Below are positions 18,732 to 28,546 of a DNA stretch of 64,000 nt, piece by piece (position 1 is the first letter of the stretch; every line of letters starts with the position of its first letter). Position numbers and translations under genes: made by a program. This DNA is from an uncultured Candidatus Saccharibacteria bacterium. GTDB lineage: Bacteria; Patescibacteriota; Saccharimonadia; Saccharimonadales; 2-12-FULL-41-12. The notes under the pieces are model-generated. The model worked only from the letters and a program-made list of their open reading frames with translations. It had not been told where the DNA came from and ran no database searches. The stretch spans positions 3,609-67,608 of the forward strand of contig CAYUFM010000002.1 of the NCBI GenBank assembly GCA_964444225.1. The letters are read 5' to 3'.

Positions 18732-18846
18732 AACTGACAAAGTAGTTACTTATTTTAGTAATGTTTAGACAATGGGCTGGAGGTTTTTGTCCCTCGTTTT
18801 TGACGATACAAAAATGAGGGAACTTGGTTCTTGGTTGCAAGAACTT

Positions 18847-19434
18847 TTATACTTCGCCAACGGCGATTCTAGAAAATCGTCGAACTACAATGTTTTCGCC
18901 AAGTTTTGCAATGCCTTCTTTTACGAAGTCGCCTACAGTTTGGTCTGGATTCTTAACAAATGGCTGGTCAACTAGGCAAAGTTCTGCAAAATATTTTTTA
19001 ACCATTCCATCTACAATTTGTTCAACCATGTTGTCTGGCTTGCCTTCTGATTTGGCTTTTTCAGAAAATTCTTTGACCTTGGCATCACGCACATCGGCTG
19101 GGATATCATCACTACTTACATAAACAGGGTTGCTAGCTGCAATGTGCATAGAAATATCCCTAGCAAGCTCAATAAATTCGTCAGTCCGGGCTACGAAGTC
19201 AGTTTCACAGTTCAGCTCTACGACTACGCCAATCCGGTTGTCGTGGTTATAGGTGTTTACAATTCCGGCACGGGCTTCGCGTTCACCGCGTTTTTCGGCT
19301 TTGGTTAGGCCTTTTTTGCGCATTGCTTCTAGAGCTTTATCAAAATCACCATTTGCTTCAACTAAAGCATTCTTAGCATCGGTAATTCCTACACCAGTTA
19401 GGCTACGTAATCTTTTTATTTGTTCAATGTCCAT
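18847..19434 (-). CDS. tsf: elongation factor Ts (short form)
   Basis: A 195-aa ORF with a UBA-like N-terminus (IKRLRSLTGVGITDAKNALVEANGDFDKALE) and NCETDFVA. Its ATG shares one nt with the rpsB stop (TAATG). Confidence 0.9.
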   Translation of the reverse strand: MDIEQIKRLRSLTGVGITDAKNALVEANGDFDKALEAMRKKGLTKAEKRGEREARAGIVNTYNHDNRIGVVVELNCETDFVARTDEFIELARDISMHIAASNPVYVSSDDIPADVRDAKVKEFSEKAKSEGKPDNMVEQIVDGMVKKYFAELCLVDQPFVKNPDQTVGDFVKEGIAKLGENIVVRRFSRIAVGEV

Positions 19435-20174
19435 TATTTTGCCCCCTCTTCTTTTTTATCATCTCCGTCGTCTGTCTTTTTGACTTTTGCTTTACCGTGT
19501 TGCACTGCAGTAACAACGTAGTCGGTTACAAGTTGTACCGATTTGATAGCATCGTCATTGGCAGGAACTGGGTACTCAACAAGACTAGGATCGGCATTAG
19601 TATCAACGATAGCAACTATAGGTATACCTAGTTTGCGTGCTTCTTTAATAGCATTCATCTCTTCATTAACGTCAGCTACGAAAAGCGCGCCCACTTTTTG
19701 GTGCATTTCTTTAATGCCACCGTACATGATGTTCATCGCGTCAATTTCTTCTTGGAAACGTTGAACTTCTAGCTTACTGTACTTGTTTTCTAGTGCACCA
19801 GAAGCCATTTTTACTTCGAGGTCTTTAAGGTGCTTTATCCGGCCATTTATCGTAGTGGTATTGGTTAGCATTCCGCCGACCCAACGCTCTACAACGTAAG
19901 GCATGTTGGTCTCTTCAGCGGCTTTTTGAATAATTTCTTTACTCTGACGCTTAGTTCCAACAAATAAAATTTGTTTACCCTGACCAGCCGTATGCTCCAA
20001 AAAGTTCAAAGCATCTTCTAGGCAGGTAACCGTCTTTGTTAAGTCGATTACGTGGCTTCCGTTGCGCTTACTATGAATATAGTTAGACATTTTAGGGTGC
20101 CATCGGCTTGTTTTGTGGCCAAAGTGTGCTCCAGCCTCTAGTAGTTTTTTAATATCAACATCATTCGATGCCAT
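19434..20174 (-). CDS. rpsB: 30S ribosomal protein S2
   Basis: The ORF contains LLEAGAHFGH..SRWHPKM. I chose the start at 20174 (MASNDV..) because GAAGGAGAG lies 5 nt upstream. The ORF-track start at 20219 is probably an upstream extension. Confidence 0.93.
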   Translation of the reverse strand: MASNDVDIKKLLEAGAHFGHKTSRWHPKMSNYIHSKRNGSHVIDLTKTVTCLEDALNFLEHTAGQGKQILFVGTKRQSKEIIQKAAEETNMPYVVERWVGGMLTNTTTINGRIKHLKDLEVKMASGALENKYSKLEVQRFQEEIDAMNIMYGGIKEMHQKVGALFVADVNEEMNAIKEARKLGIPIVAIVDTNADPSLVEYPVPANDDAIKSVQLVTDYVVTAVQHGKAKVKKTDDGDDKKEEGAK

Positions 20175-20283
20175 CTTGCTCTCCTTCTTTTCCTTGTTCT
20201 TCGTTGCCAGCACCATCATTAGTTCCTACACGGAGCTAATGCGGAGGAAAAATCCCAGCAATTGCTTAATTTATAGTAGCTAT

Positions 20284-20312
20284 ATTGTAACAGATAGTAC
20301 TTCTGGGTGCAA
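20284..20312 (-). promoter_or_regulatory. putative sigma-70-type promoter of rpsB-tsf
   Basis: On the minus strand, TTGCAC (20312-20307), a 17-nt spacer, then TACAAT (20289-20284). This implies a leader of about 100 nt. Confidence 0.45.
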
Positions 20313-20391
20313 CAGATTGGAGTGTTTTATTAGAATAATTCTTAAAAACGTATTAGAATAAACTTAAGCATTAATCAAGAAGGATAAAAAC

Positions 20392-20859
20392 ATGCATCAA
20401 GCACTAATAATAGCCAAATCTTATGTGATAGATAATGGGGTTTGCTCTGTAGACGGAGTAATCCAAAGCTCAACCCAACAATGTGATGATGCACTAAAAG
20501 GAATTTTGGGAATTCTAGCCGCAATAATCATTCCTTTACTGGTAATCAGTTTGGTGTTTCTTGTTTTTTGGATAATTGCACTCATTCATGCTGTAAAGCA
20601 CCAGAATATTCAAAATCGAGGCTTGTGGCTAGGGATCTTGATTGGCAGTTTCTTTGTTGGAATGACATGGCTTGCAGCGATAATTTACTACTTTGCTGTC
20701 ATGCGACCATATAAAAAAGGCAAGGCAAGCGGACATATTCCTGATGCCTCGTACCCAACACAACCCCAAAATACCATCGTCCCCGCACCAGACCAACCGA
20801 CTCAACCAGAAAACAATAGTCAGAATAATCCACCAACAACGCCCAGCCCCACTGTTTAA
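20392..20859 (+). CDS. small membrane protein with a PLD-N-terminal-like two-helix domain and a Pro/Gln-rich tail
   Basis: A 155-aa ORF. The helices LLVISLVFLVFWIIALIHAV...RGLWLGILIGSFFVGMTWLAAIIYYFAVMRP resemble the PLDc_N family as I recall it. The C-terminus is PQ-rich low complexity. Confidence 0.4.
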   Translation: MHQALIIAKSYVIDNGVCSVDGVIQSSTQQCDDALKGILGILAAIIIPLLVISLVFLVFWIIALIHAVKHQNIQNRGLWLGILIGSFFVGMTWLAAIIYYFAVMRPYKKGKASGHIPDASYPTQPQNTIVPAPDQPTQPENNSQNNPPTTPSPTV

Positions 20860-20862
20860 CCC

Positions 20863-20891
20863 TTGTAAAGTTACCATTTTTAAGGTACAAT
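20863..20891 (+). promoter_or_regulatory. putative promoter of rpmE
   Basis: TTGTAA (20863-20868), a 17-nt spacer, then TACAAT (20886-20891). This implies a leader of about 85 nt ending in a GGAG RBS. Confidence 0.5.
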
Positions 20892-20982
20892 ATCCCCAAT
20901 AACAAATCTAACCCGGATAAATCGCCTGCTATAGTTTTGCTCGCTTAGCTAACCGACCGGAGGATAAAGAGCTGGAGAATTT

Positions 20983-21309
20983 ATGAAAAAAGACATTCAC
21001 CCGACAGACTACCGCCCCGTAGTTTTTCAAGATCTTAGTAATAATGAGACGTTTTTAACTAAATCTACGGTTAAAACAAACGAAACTATCAAACTAGATG
21101 GCGTAGAATATCCACTAGTAAAAGTACATATTTCTAGCGCCTCTCATCCGTTCTTTACTGGCCAAGAAAAAATGCTAGACATCGAAGGTCGCGTTGACAA
21201 GTTTAAAGCTCGAGCCGAAGCTGCAGCAAAAAGCCGTGAAGCTAAAAAAGTTTCTGGCAAAAAAGCAGAAAAAGCTCGCAAAGAAGAAGCCCAAAAACTC
21301 GGCAAATAA
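20983..21309 (+). CDS. rpmE: 50S ribosomal protein L31 (Cys-less type B) with a lysine-rich C-terminal extension
   Basis: A 108-aa ORF with [10 protein letters not shown]...[10 protein letters not shown]. It has no CxxC pair. Confidence 0.88.
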   Translation: MKKDIHPTDYRPVVFQDLSNNETFLTKSTVKTNETIKLDGVEYPLVKVHISSASHPFFTGQEKMLDIEGRVDKFKARAEAAAKSREAKKVSGKKAEKARKEEAQKLGK

Positions 21310-21353
21310 GACTTATAATTAAGTCAAATTATTAATCCTGGATACTTTAGCTC

Positions 21354-22160
21354 TTAGGCTGTTAGTACTGCCTTCTGGCCATCTTTTTGATAACACTCAG
21401 CCCAGAGCTTTTCGTCTTCAAGCAGTTTTTCTACGCTAATCGCCGTAGCATCCACGATACCCGGTAAACTACGAGCATACTCTAGGGCACGAGCTTTCAT
21501 AGCTGCAGCTTTTTCAGGATCATCTTCAAGATCCCATGAATGTATTATATCGAAATTATTAATACCAGTTTCCCGTCCTACCCGACTATCCTGAGCAGGC
21601 CTATAAAATCTTCTTCTACCCGCTTGACCGTTATTAGAAACAGTATGGGCTAATAAACCTTCATAATCATCTGGGCCATCTTCTATCATTTTTGCGAAAA
21701 AACGAGATGTTCTACCATTACCATCATTAAATGGATGCACCCATACAATCAAGGCCTCCGCAGCCATAGCGACCTTCTGAACTTTCTTATCTTTATGGTC
21801 CTCTGAATTCCTAATATAGTCTTGAATAACTAAGAAACCTTTCTCAAACGCCTCTTCCTTAAGCTCCAGGGGTGGGGTATAAATAAGGGGTAAAAAACCA
21901 CCTTGGAGATTCATTCTACTTTTGACCTCTCTTGGATTCTGGCCTGTCAATTTTGCGTTAATATGTCTTGCAAGTTTTAAAAAAGCTACTGGGCTAGTAT
22001 TAAAAATAAAGTCAAGTCTGTCTTTTGGATCTGTAAATGCTTCAGAATATCTTGCAACTAAACCACCAAGCAGCCTGGTAGCTTCCTCCGTTCTGAGATC
22101 GTGCTCTACGGGGGAATCGCTAGAGTTAGCTTGTCTAGTATAGGAGGTGGTTTCGCTCAT
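21354..22160 (-). CDS. Fic-domain protein (putative AMP-transferase)
   Basis: A 268-aa ORF with the canonical Fic motif [12 protein letters not shown] (HxFx[DE]GNGRxxR). Confidence 0.85.
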   Translation of the reverse strand: MSETTSYTRQANSSDSPVEHDLRTEEATRLLGGLVARYSEAFTDPKDRLDFIFNTSPVAFLKLARHINAKLTGQNPREVKSRMNLQGGFLPLIYTPPLELKEEAFEKGFLVIQDYIRNSEDHKDKKVQKVAMAAEALIVWVHPFNDGNGRTSRFFAKMIEDGPDDYEGLLAHTVSNNGQAGRRRFYRPAQDSRVGRETGINNFDIIHSWDLEDDPEKAAAMKARALEYARSLPGIVDATAISVEKLLEDEKLWAECYQKDGQKAVLTA

Positions 22161-22289
22161 TTTCGTTTTTCCTTTTTTGTTTCAATTTTATTTTTTGTTT
22201 TTATCGTTGAGTTTATAGTAACAAATTTTGGTGATTTTGTCAATAGCTTTTATGCTTATAACAGAGGTGTGATATACTGTGGGTTAATT

Positions 22290-23342
22290 ATGGAAGATAA
22301 AATTAATGCACTGAGCGAAGAGTACAAGGATTTGCAGAACAAACTGCAAGATCCTAGCATTTTTAATGTCCCGACCTACCCCAAGCTAGCCAAACGCCAG
22401 AAATATTTAGAAGACACCATTAATTTATATAATGAACTTAGTAGAAATAATCAGGAACTCAAACAGTCAGAAGAATTATTAAAATCTGGTGGCGAACTTG
22501 CAGAACTAGCCGAGATCGAAATAACCGAATTAACAGATAAAAAATCCAAATTAGAATCTGATTTAGAGGAAGCATTAACCCCCAAAGACCCCAACAATGA
22601 CCGTGACGTAATCATCGAAATCCGGGCTGCGGCTGGTGGTGACGAGGCTAGCTTGTTTGCTGGCGAGCTATACAGAATGTATACTCGCTGGGCCGAAAAT
22701 AGTGGCTATAAAACTGAGCATATTAGCGAATCGGTTAATGACACTGGCGGGTTCAAAGAAGTTACATTTAGCGTACGCGGTGACGAAGCTTACAAAATGC
22801 TGAAGTTCGAAGCTGGCGTCCACCGAGTACAGCGCGTACCTGTGACAGAATCACAAGGACGAATCCACACATCTACGACAACAGTGGCTGTCATGCCTGA
22901 AGCCGTAGAAACTGACCTAGAAATCAGCCCCGGCGACCTGCGTATAGACGTTTTTAGGTCTGGTGGTCATGGTGGCCAATCCGTTAACACCACCGACAGT
23001 GCAGTCCGTATAACCCACTTGCCGACTAACACCGTAGTGACCTGTCAGGATGAAAAATCACAGATCAAAAACAAAGAAAAAGCCATGGGCGTGTTACGCT
23101 CACGACTACTCCAAGCCAAACTAGATGCTGAACATAAGGAACTATCTGACGCCCGCCAAAAACTAATCGGTAGCGGTGACCGCTCAGAAAAAATCCGTAC
23201 CTACAACTTCCCCCAAGACCGAATTACTGACCACCGGATCGGCTACAGCCGTTCTAACATCCCAGCCGCCCTTGCCGGTGATATCGACGACCTAATAGAA
23301 CAACTCCACACCTACGAACGCGAACTAATCAACCAAGAATAA
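22290..23342 (+). CDS. prfA: peptide chain release factor 1
   Basis: The ORF contains [12 protein letters not shown]..., the PVT tripeptide and [24 protein letters not shown] moved the start to the Met at 22290, because the ORF-track 5' part (22101-22289) is hydrophobic nonsense over the divergent promoter region. Confidence 0.93.
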   Translation: MEDKINALSEEYKDLQNKLQDPSIFNVPTYPKLAKRQKYLEDTINLYNELSRNNQELKQSEELLKSGGELAELAEIEITELTDKKSKLESDLEEALTPKDPNNDRDVIIEIRAAAGGDEASLFAGELYRMYTRWAENSGYKTEHISESVNDTGGFKEVTFSVRGDEAYKMLKFEAGVHRVQRVPVTESQGRIHTSTTTVAVMPEAVETDLEISPGDLRIDVFRSGGHGGQSVNTTDSAVRITHLPTNTVVTCQDEKSQIKNKEKAMGVLRSRLLQAKLDAEHKELSDARQKLIGSGDRSEKIRTYNFPQDRITDHRIGYSRSNIPAALAGDIDDLIEQLHTYERELINQE

Positions 23343-23887
23343 TGAGCAAACCAACACACATACTAGTTACGGGAGTCGCAGGCACAGGAAAGTCTACTCT
23401 TGCGGAGACGTTAAAGCAGAAAAACATTCCTTGCATAGACGGTGACTACGACGAAGGAATAGCCTACTGGAAGCATAAAAAAACTGGTAAAAAAGTGACG
23501 GACATTCATAGTATATACGGAATAAGCGTTAGGTTTTACGAATGGCTGTGGGATATAGAAAAAATGAGAGAGTTTCTTGGCAATAGCCCAGAACCTATAA
23601 TTGTATGCGGAACTGCCGATAACAAATCTGAGGCTTATCCCTTATTTGAAAGAATAGTCTTTTTAACAGCTGGCGAAGAGACACTTAATTTTAGACTGAA
23701 AACCCGCCAAAATAATTCGTTTGGTAAATTAGCTAGTCACCGAAAAACCGCAATTAAAGATAATGCAGAATCTGTTAGCCATGCAACAGAAAATGGATTT
23801 GAAATAATAGATACGAGCAAACTAAGCCCAGAGCAATTAGTTGAATATGTTACGGATGGGAAAGGATGCTCAAATGATAATTGCTGA
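23342..23887 (+). CDS. P-loop NTPase/kinase-like protein
   Basis: A 181-aa ORF with Walker A GVAGTGKST and a nucleoside/nucleotide-kinase-like size. Its ATG overlaps the prfA stop (TAATG). Confidence 0.45.
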   Translation: MSKPTHILVTGVAGTGKSTLAETLKQKNIPCIDGDYDEGIAYWKHKKTGKKVTDIHSIYGISVRFYEWLWDIEKMREFLGNSPEPIIVCGTADNKSEAYPLFERIVFLTAGEETLNFRLKTRQNNSFGKLASHRKTAIKDNAESVSHATENGFEIIDTSKLSPEQLVEYVTDGKGCSNDNC

Positions 23888-24680
23888 TTGGTTGATTGAA
23901 ACGACAAAAAAACTGGGTAAAGCCGAGGTTGATGCCCCTCGGACCGACGCTCTGGTTCTTTTGGAAGACGTTTTAGGCAAAGATCGATCTTGGATTTTGG
24001 CCCATGATGACCAAAAAATACCTACAGCAAAATTAAAAGAAGTGAATAGTCTTACCGATCGTAGAATTAGACACGAACCACTAGCATACATCCGTGGAAA
24101 GACAGAATTTTACGGTAGAAATTTTATAGTCAGCCCTGAAGTTCTGATTCCACGCCCAGAGACAGAATCAATAGTTGAGCTAGCTCTAGAAAATATAAAG
24201 CTTAAAAAGCCCAAGATTGTAGATATCGGCTGCGGTAGTGGGAATATTGGTATTAGCCTCAAATCAGAAAAGCCTGATTGGCAAATAGACCTAGTGGATA
24301 TCGACAAAAAAGCTCTAGAAATAGCCACCCAAAATAACACACAGCACAAACTAGAATTAAACATAATTGAGTCAGATTTATTCGGTGAACTGAAGACTAG
24401 TTATGACGTAGTTGTTGCCAATTTACCATATGTACCAGAAGGGTTAATAACCAGTCCAGAAATAGAAAAAGAACCATCTATAGCACTATTCTCTGGAGTG
24501 GACGGCATGAGTCATTACACAAAGTTTTGGGACCAAATATCTAAACTATCCAAAAAACCTAAATACATAATTATAGAATCATTAGAGTCTCAGCATATGA
24601 TCATGGCAGGAATTGCACAGAAATCAGGCTATACTCTACTAAAAACGTATACCCTAGCCCAGCTCTACTCTAAGGTTTGA
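23841..24680 (+). CDS. prmC: release-factor glutamine N5-methyltransferase
   Basis: A 279-aa ORF with VLIPRPETE, DIGCGSGNIG, and NLPYV (an NPPY-type motif). The start could instead be the Met at 23874. Confidence 0.85.
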   Translation: MNMLRMGKDAQMIIADWLIETTKKLGKAEVDAPRTDALVLLEDVLGKDRSWILAHDDQKIPTAKLKEVNSLTDRRIRHEPLAYIRGKTEFYGRNFIVSPEVLIPRPETESIVELALENIKLKKPKIVDIGCGSGNIGISLKSEKPDWQIDLVDIDKKALEIATQNNTQHKLELNIIESDLFGELKTSYDVVVANLPYVPEGLITSPEIEKEPSIALFSGVDGMSHYTKFWDQISKLSKKPKYIIIESLESQHMIMAGIAQKSGYTLLKTYTLAQLYSKV

Positions 24681-24730
24681 CTAGCTTTAGTTCTAAGCCG
24701 CTTTCGACCAAAATGTGTAAAACTGGTGCT

Positions 24731-25963
24731 TTAAGACTGAGGAGCGGCCTCTAGAGTAACATCAACTTTCTGCTCCTGGCCATCACGGATAATAGTAAGG
24801 CTTACTTTATCCCCCACACTAAACCTGCCCAAGACGGAAATTAGACTATTTTTTTCATCAATTGATTGGTCGTTCACTTTAACGATTATATCTTTTTCTT
24901 TAAGACCAGCTTTTTCGGCCGGACTATTTTTTAAGATAGCGGTTTGCCCTCGGGTCGGCGGTGCTATGTACGCTCCCCGCTTCGTCTGCAAATTGTATTG
25001 ATAGGCATAATCATCGTTTAGCGTAACGTACCTAACCCCTAGGTATGGACGCAGTAATTTACCTTCTTTGATAACGCTGTTTATTAGACCCTTTATATCA
25101 TTCACCGGAATCGCGAATCCAATGTTTTCAGCACCGTCGCCTGCAACAGCAGTATTGATCCCAATAACCTCGCCCCGAATATTTACAAGAGGCCCACCAG
25201 AATTACCTTGGTTAATTGAAGCATCTGTTTGGAACAAGTTTTGCAACGACTCTGTGCCGGTCTCGTCACCTGCTTCTATACTCCGGCCAAAGCCAGATAT
25301 AATTCCAGACGTAACCGTGTTTTGAAATTGTCCAAGAGCATTTCCAATAGCGATGACCTTGTCTCCAACCTCGGTTTTAGAAGAGTCGCCCAGTTTTACC
25401 GACTTCAAAGTCTTGCCTTTTTTATCTTTAATTTTTAAAAACGCGATGTCTAGGGTGTCACTAGGATTTGTCCTGCCAACAATCTCTACATCTGTGAGTT
25501 CTGTGCCATCAGATAAAGTTACACTAACTTCACTAGTGCCAGCCGGAATAACATGCCTATTGGTGATAATTATTCCCTTTTCGGAATCTACAATTACTCC
25601 AGTACCAGCACTTTCTTGAGAAAATGATTGCTGGCCACTAAAAAACGTATTGCGAGTTGTTTCTGAAGTTACGTTTATGGAAACTGCGCTTTCGCCAACC
25701 TCTTTAGCAATCTTTGTAATTAGCTGGCTCTCGCTATCTATAACTTTTTGGCTTACAGCTTGATCGGCTGTTATGGAGTTTTCTTGATTTTTGCCTCCTA
25801 GATATCCACCTATAAACCCCGCTACCAAACTAGTGGCTATAATTAGGAATGCTGTTTTATTTAGCTTGGAATCACTAGTCTTTTTAGTTTTTGCAGACTC
25901 GATATATGGCCCTAGTACTGATTTTTCTTTCTGAACTTCAATATTTTTTTGTTGATCTTCCAT
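24731..25963 (-). CDS. htrA: HtrA/DegP-family serine protease with a PDZ domain
   Basis: A 410-aa ORF with an N-terminal TM anchor, the trypsin-fold motifs TNRHV, D.A.LKI and GNSGGPLVN, and a C-terminal PDZ (SPAEKAGLKEKDII). Confidence 0.85.
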   Translation of the reverse strand: MEDQQKNIEVQKEKSVLGPYIESAKTKKTSDSKLNKTAFLIIATSLVAGFIGGYLGGKNQENSITADQAVSQKVIDSESQLITKIAKEVGESAVSINVTSETTRNTFFSGQQSFSQESAGTGVIVDSEKGIIITNRHVIPAGTSEVSVTLSDGTELTDVEIVGRTNPSDTLDIAFLKIKDKKGKTLKSVKLGDSSKTEVGDKVIAIGNALGQFQNTVTSGIISGFGRSIEAGDETGTESLQNLFQTDASINQGNSGGPLVNIRGEVIGINTAVAGDGAENIGFAIPVNDIKGLINSVIKEGKLLRPYLGVRYVTLNDDYAYQYNLQTKRGAYIAPPTRGQTAILKNSPAEKAGLKEKDIIVKVNDQSIDEKNSLISVLGRFSVGDKVSLTIIRDGQEQKVDVTLEAAPQS

Positions 25964-26007
25964 AATATTTAGTTTACTCCCCCTAACCTGAGAAATAGCT
26001 TAAAAAC

Positions 26008-26766
26008 TTACTTTACTATACCTTCACCCCAGTTAGAAAACGCAATTATTACAAAAATTACTGCTAAAACTACAAAAATTATTTGTCTGCGAACCAACAT
26101 TGTCAGTTTATCGTGCTCATGTAGGTAATACAGACCTGCTAATCCATAGCCCAAAACAGACAAAATAACGGCAGGTTGAGCGACATTCTTGTAGTAAAGG
26201 AGCCAGTGACTAAGTATCCAGATCAATGCGCTTGCAAAAAATCCCCAAAACCAAGAATACTGCACTCTGTTTGGTTCATCATATGTATTGAAAAAATGTC
26301 TTGCGCTAAAGTAAGAGACCGCAAAAGTCATCAGTACATAAACCGAAATTGGCGCATCATCATAGGCCAGGAATATCGCAACCATACCAAGACATTGAGC
26401 AATCAGTGCCTGAATCGACACCATCAATGCTGAGGTCTTAGGTTTTACAACCAAGACCCATAGCTCAAATACCACTAGCCAGCTTAACTGCAACCATCTT
26501 GAATTGTTAGAAACTATCATAAAGGAAATTAGTGCTAAGCTCACAATTATATCAACCGCATTAGTTCTAATATGAGCAATCCAGTGCCGTGGCTTTACTG
26601 CTAGCATTCTCCACTTACTTAACAACACTATGGATGCAGCTAAACCAAAAAAATCTAGTCTTATAAAGATATACGCCAGAATAGGCACAATAAAAGTTAG
26701 CCCCAAGTGAAAGATATGCGCAAAGCCGTGCTTTGGTTTAACTTTTTTTAATACAGTTTTAACCAT
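26008..26766 (-). CDS. polytopic membrane protein, unknown function
   Basis: A 252-aa ORF with about eight hydrophobic segments. I recognise no family motif. Confidence 0.4.
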   Translation of the reverse strand: MVKTVLKKVKPKHGFAHIFHLGLTFIVPILAYIFIRLDFFGLAASIVLLSKWRMLAVKPRHWIAHIRTNAVDIIVSLALISFMIVSNNSRWLQLSWLVVFELWVLVVKPKTSALMVSIQALIAQCLGMVAIFLAYDDAPISVYVLMTFAVSYFSARHFFNTYDEPNRVQYSWFWGFFASALIWILSHWLLYYKNVAQPAVILSVLGYGLAGLYYLHEHDKLTMLVRRQIIFVVLAVIFVIIAFSNWGEGIVK

Positions 26767-26781
26767 TGTTTAGTTCCTTCA

Positions 26782-28446
26782 CTAAAGTCCAGATGCTTGA
26801 TCATTACCTAGTATTATAACAAAATCAGCCGTGTCGGGGATAATTGCGGGATCTGGTACAGTGCCGACCGCTGTTGTACTAAATCTTCGCTCCAGATAGT
26901 TCTTTGTGTATTTTTTTGTTCCATTTCTTAGATCTACTACTATAGTTTTTTCGTATGTCCTGGTTGGCGCATTATCTACTTTGGTTACTGTGTAGCCAAA
27001 TGATTTGAGTTCATCGCCTTTCTCGGTAGCTAAACCAGATTTATTTGTTCCGTTAAGAACCATAACACTAGCATTCTCGTTCTTTAAGAAGCTATCTTTC
27101 AACGCGTTGCGGATAAAACCTTGGATTTCTTTAAAGTTACCGGTGCCCGCAGTCGGAACAACCACAGAAAGCCCACCAATGTTGTCTGTTCTTACAAAAT
27201 TATTTGGTGGATCGGCTAGGCCAATAGATGCAATTTTATCGCTTGGTATTTCTTTGCTTATTTCATATAACCTCTGGAGGTCCGCCACGCTAAAGTTTGT
27301 CTGAAGATGATTCCCGAAAGTATTGAGCAAATTAGATATCTTCTGAGGATTACCGAAAGTACCTGCTGATAAAATTTTGTCTTTTAGCGCCGTTATGATT
27401 ATTCTCTGGCGCTCAGATCTGTCGAAGTCACCCCTTGGAGAAGTATAGCGCGAGCGAGAGTAAGCTAAAGCCTCAAACCCATCCATATCTTGCCATCCAG
27501 GATTTACATTCAAAAAATAATTCTGACCCTTTATTCTCATATGCTCACTAACTGCATCTGGGGCGTTTATAGTTATGCCACCCACATTATTAACCGCCTG
27601 CTCGAATCCATCAAAATCCACCATCAAATGATAGTGAATTGGTACACCCAAAGCAGATTCTAGCGTAGCTTCAAGCATTTCAAAACCAGCCTGTTCGGCT
27701 AATTTCGCAGACTGTGAGGTGCTTATTTGCTGATTGTTAAGATAATTTGCCTTACCAGTAAAAAATACCGAGTTAACCTTCATAGACCCAACACTCTTAA
27801 CAGGTACGTACAGGTCTCTAGGCACACTTAATAATGAAGCCTCTTTTGCAATAGGATCTATGCTTGCCAGAATAATTGTATCCGTAAGATCGGCACCTTC
27901 ATGTCCTTCACCACCTCTTCCGAGTAGCAAAATATTAACCCTACCATCGCCTTCGCCTTTTAGTTGAGATATATCAACTTCCTTGCTAAGAGCAGGCGCC
28001 AGCCCACCACCCGGTAGAATTTTTTTAACCGTTATATACCCTTTATAGGTCAAAAACCCTAGAACAAGAGTCGCCACAATAAGCAGTATGCCTAAAATCT
28101 TTAAGATTCTCTTCTTTTTACTGGATTTCTTTCTGCTTTGATTATACTGAGGTTTTTCTTTTTTAAACTTTGTTTTTTTTGTGGTTTTTCGATCAATAAT
28201 AAATGTTTCTGCTGTCTTGTTAGTAGTAATTTGTTGTTGAGCCGACGCATGAAACCCATCCCTACGACTAAAGTCACCTACTGCACCAGTGCCCTGGTTC
28301 GATCCTAGATTAGAATCTCTTCTACTGTTTTGAATGTCGCCGAAGTTCGAGCCTTTATTAAATCTAGTTACGGGTCTTGAACTAATACCATCAATCGATG
28401 GCTTTTTGCGATTTCTTGGATCTTGATTTCTTTGATATTGATTCAT
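26782..28446 (-). CDS. LytR-CpsA-Psr (LCP) family cell-wall glycopolymer ligase
   Basis: The ORF contains RVNILLLGRGG...ADLTDTIILASIDP...SLLSVPRDLYV after a basic cytoplasmic tail and one TM segment. I set the start at the Met at 28446 (MNQYQRNQ..), because the longer ORF (to 28734) runs antisense into lepB. Confidence 0.78.
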   Translation of the reverse strand: MNQYQRNQDPRNRKKPSIDGISSRPVTRFNKGSNFGDIQNSRRDSNLGSNQGTGAVGDFSRRDGFHASAQQQITTNKTAETFIIDRKTTKKTKFKKEKPQYNQSRKKSSKKKRILKILGILLIVATLVLGFLTYKGYITVKKILPGGGLAPALSKEVDISQLKGEGDGRVNILLLGRGGEGHEGADLTDTIILASIDPIAKEASLLSVPRDLYVPVKSVGSMKVNSVFFTGKANYLNNQQISTSQSAKLAEQAGFEMLEATLESALGVPIHYHLMVDFDGFEQAVNNVGGITINAPDAVSEHMRIKGQNYFLNVNPGWQDMDGFEALAYSRSRYTSPRGDFDRSERQRIIITALKDKILSAGTFGNPQKISNLLNTFGNHLQTNFSVADLQRLYEISKEIPSDKIASIGLADPPNNFVRTDNIGGLSVVVPTAGTGNFKEIQGFIRNALKDSFLKNENASVMVLNGTNKSGLATEKGDELKSFGYTVTKVDNAPTRTYEKTIVVDLRNGTKKYTKNYLERRFSTTAVGTVPDPAIIPDTADFVIILGNDQASGL

Positions 28447-28546
28447 ATAAATACGTGGTACGAGTATCCAGTATACCTGCTTGTCCTGACACGAGTAAAC
28501 CCCAGCCTTCATTAAAAAATAGTAATTATGGTAATCTATAGGTTGA

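Noticed and set aside
22101-22289. A 63-codon upstream extension of the prfA ORF.
   Set aside because: The translation ([14 protein letters not shown]...) is T-run nonsense over the divergent fic/prfA promoter region. RF1 homology begins at the Met at 22290.
28141-28190. A homopolymer (T8 on the plus strand, A8 in the LCP coding sense) as a phase-variation switch.
   Set aside because: The run encodes part of a Lys-rich cytoplasmic tail (TKKTKFKKEK), where A-runs follow from the composition. It is a single short tract with no evidence of variation.
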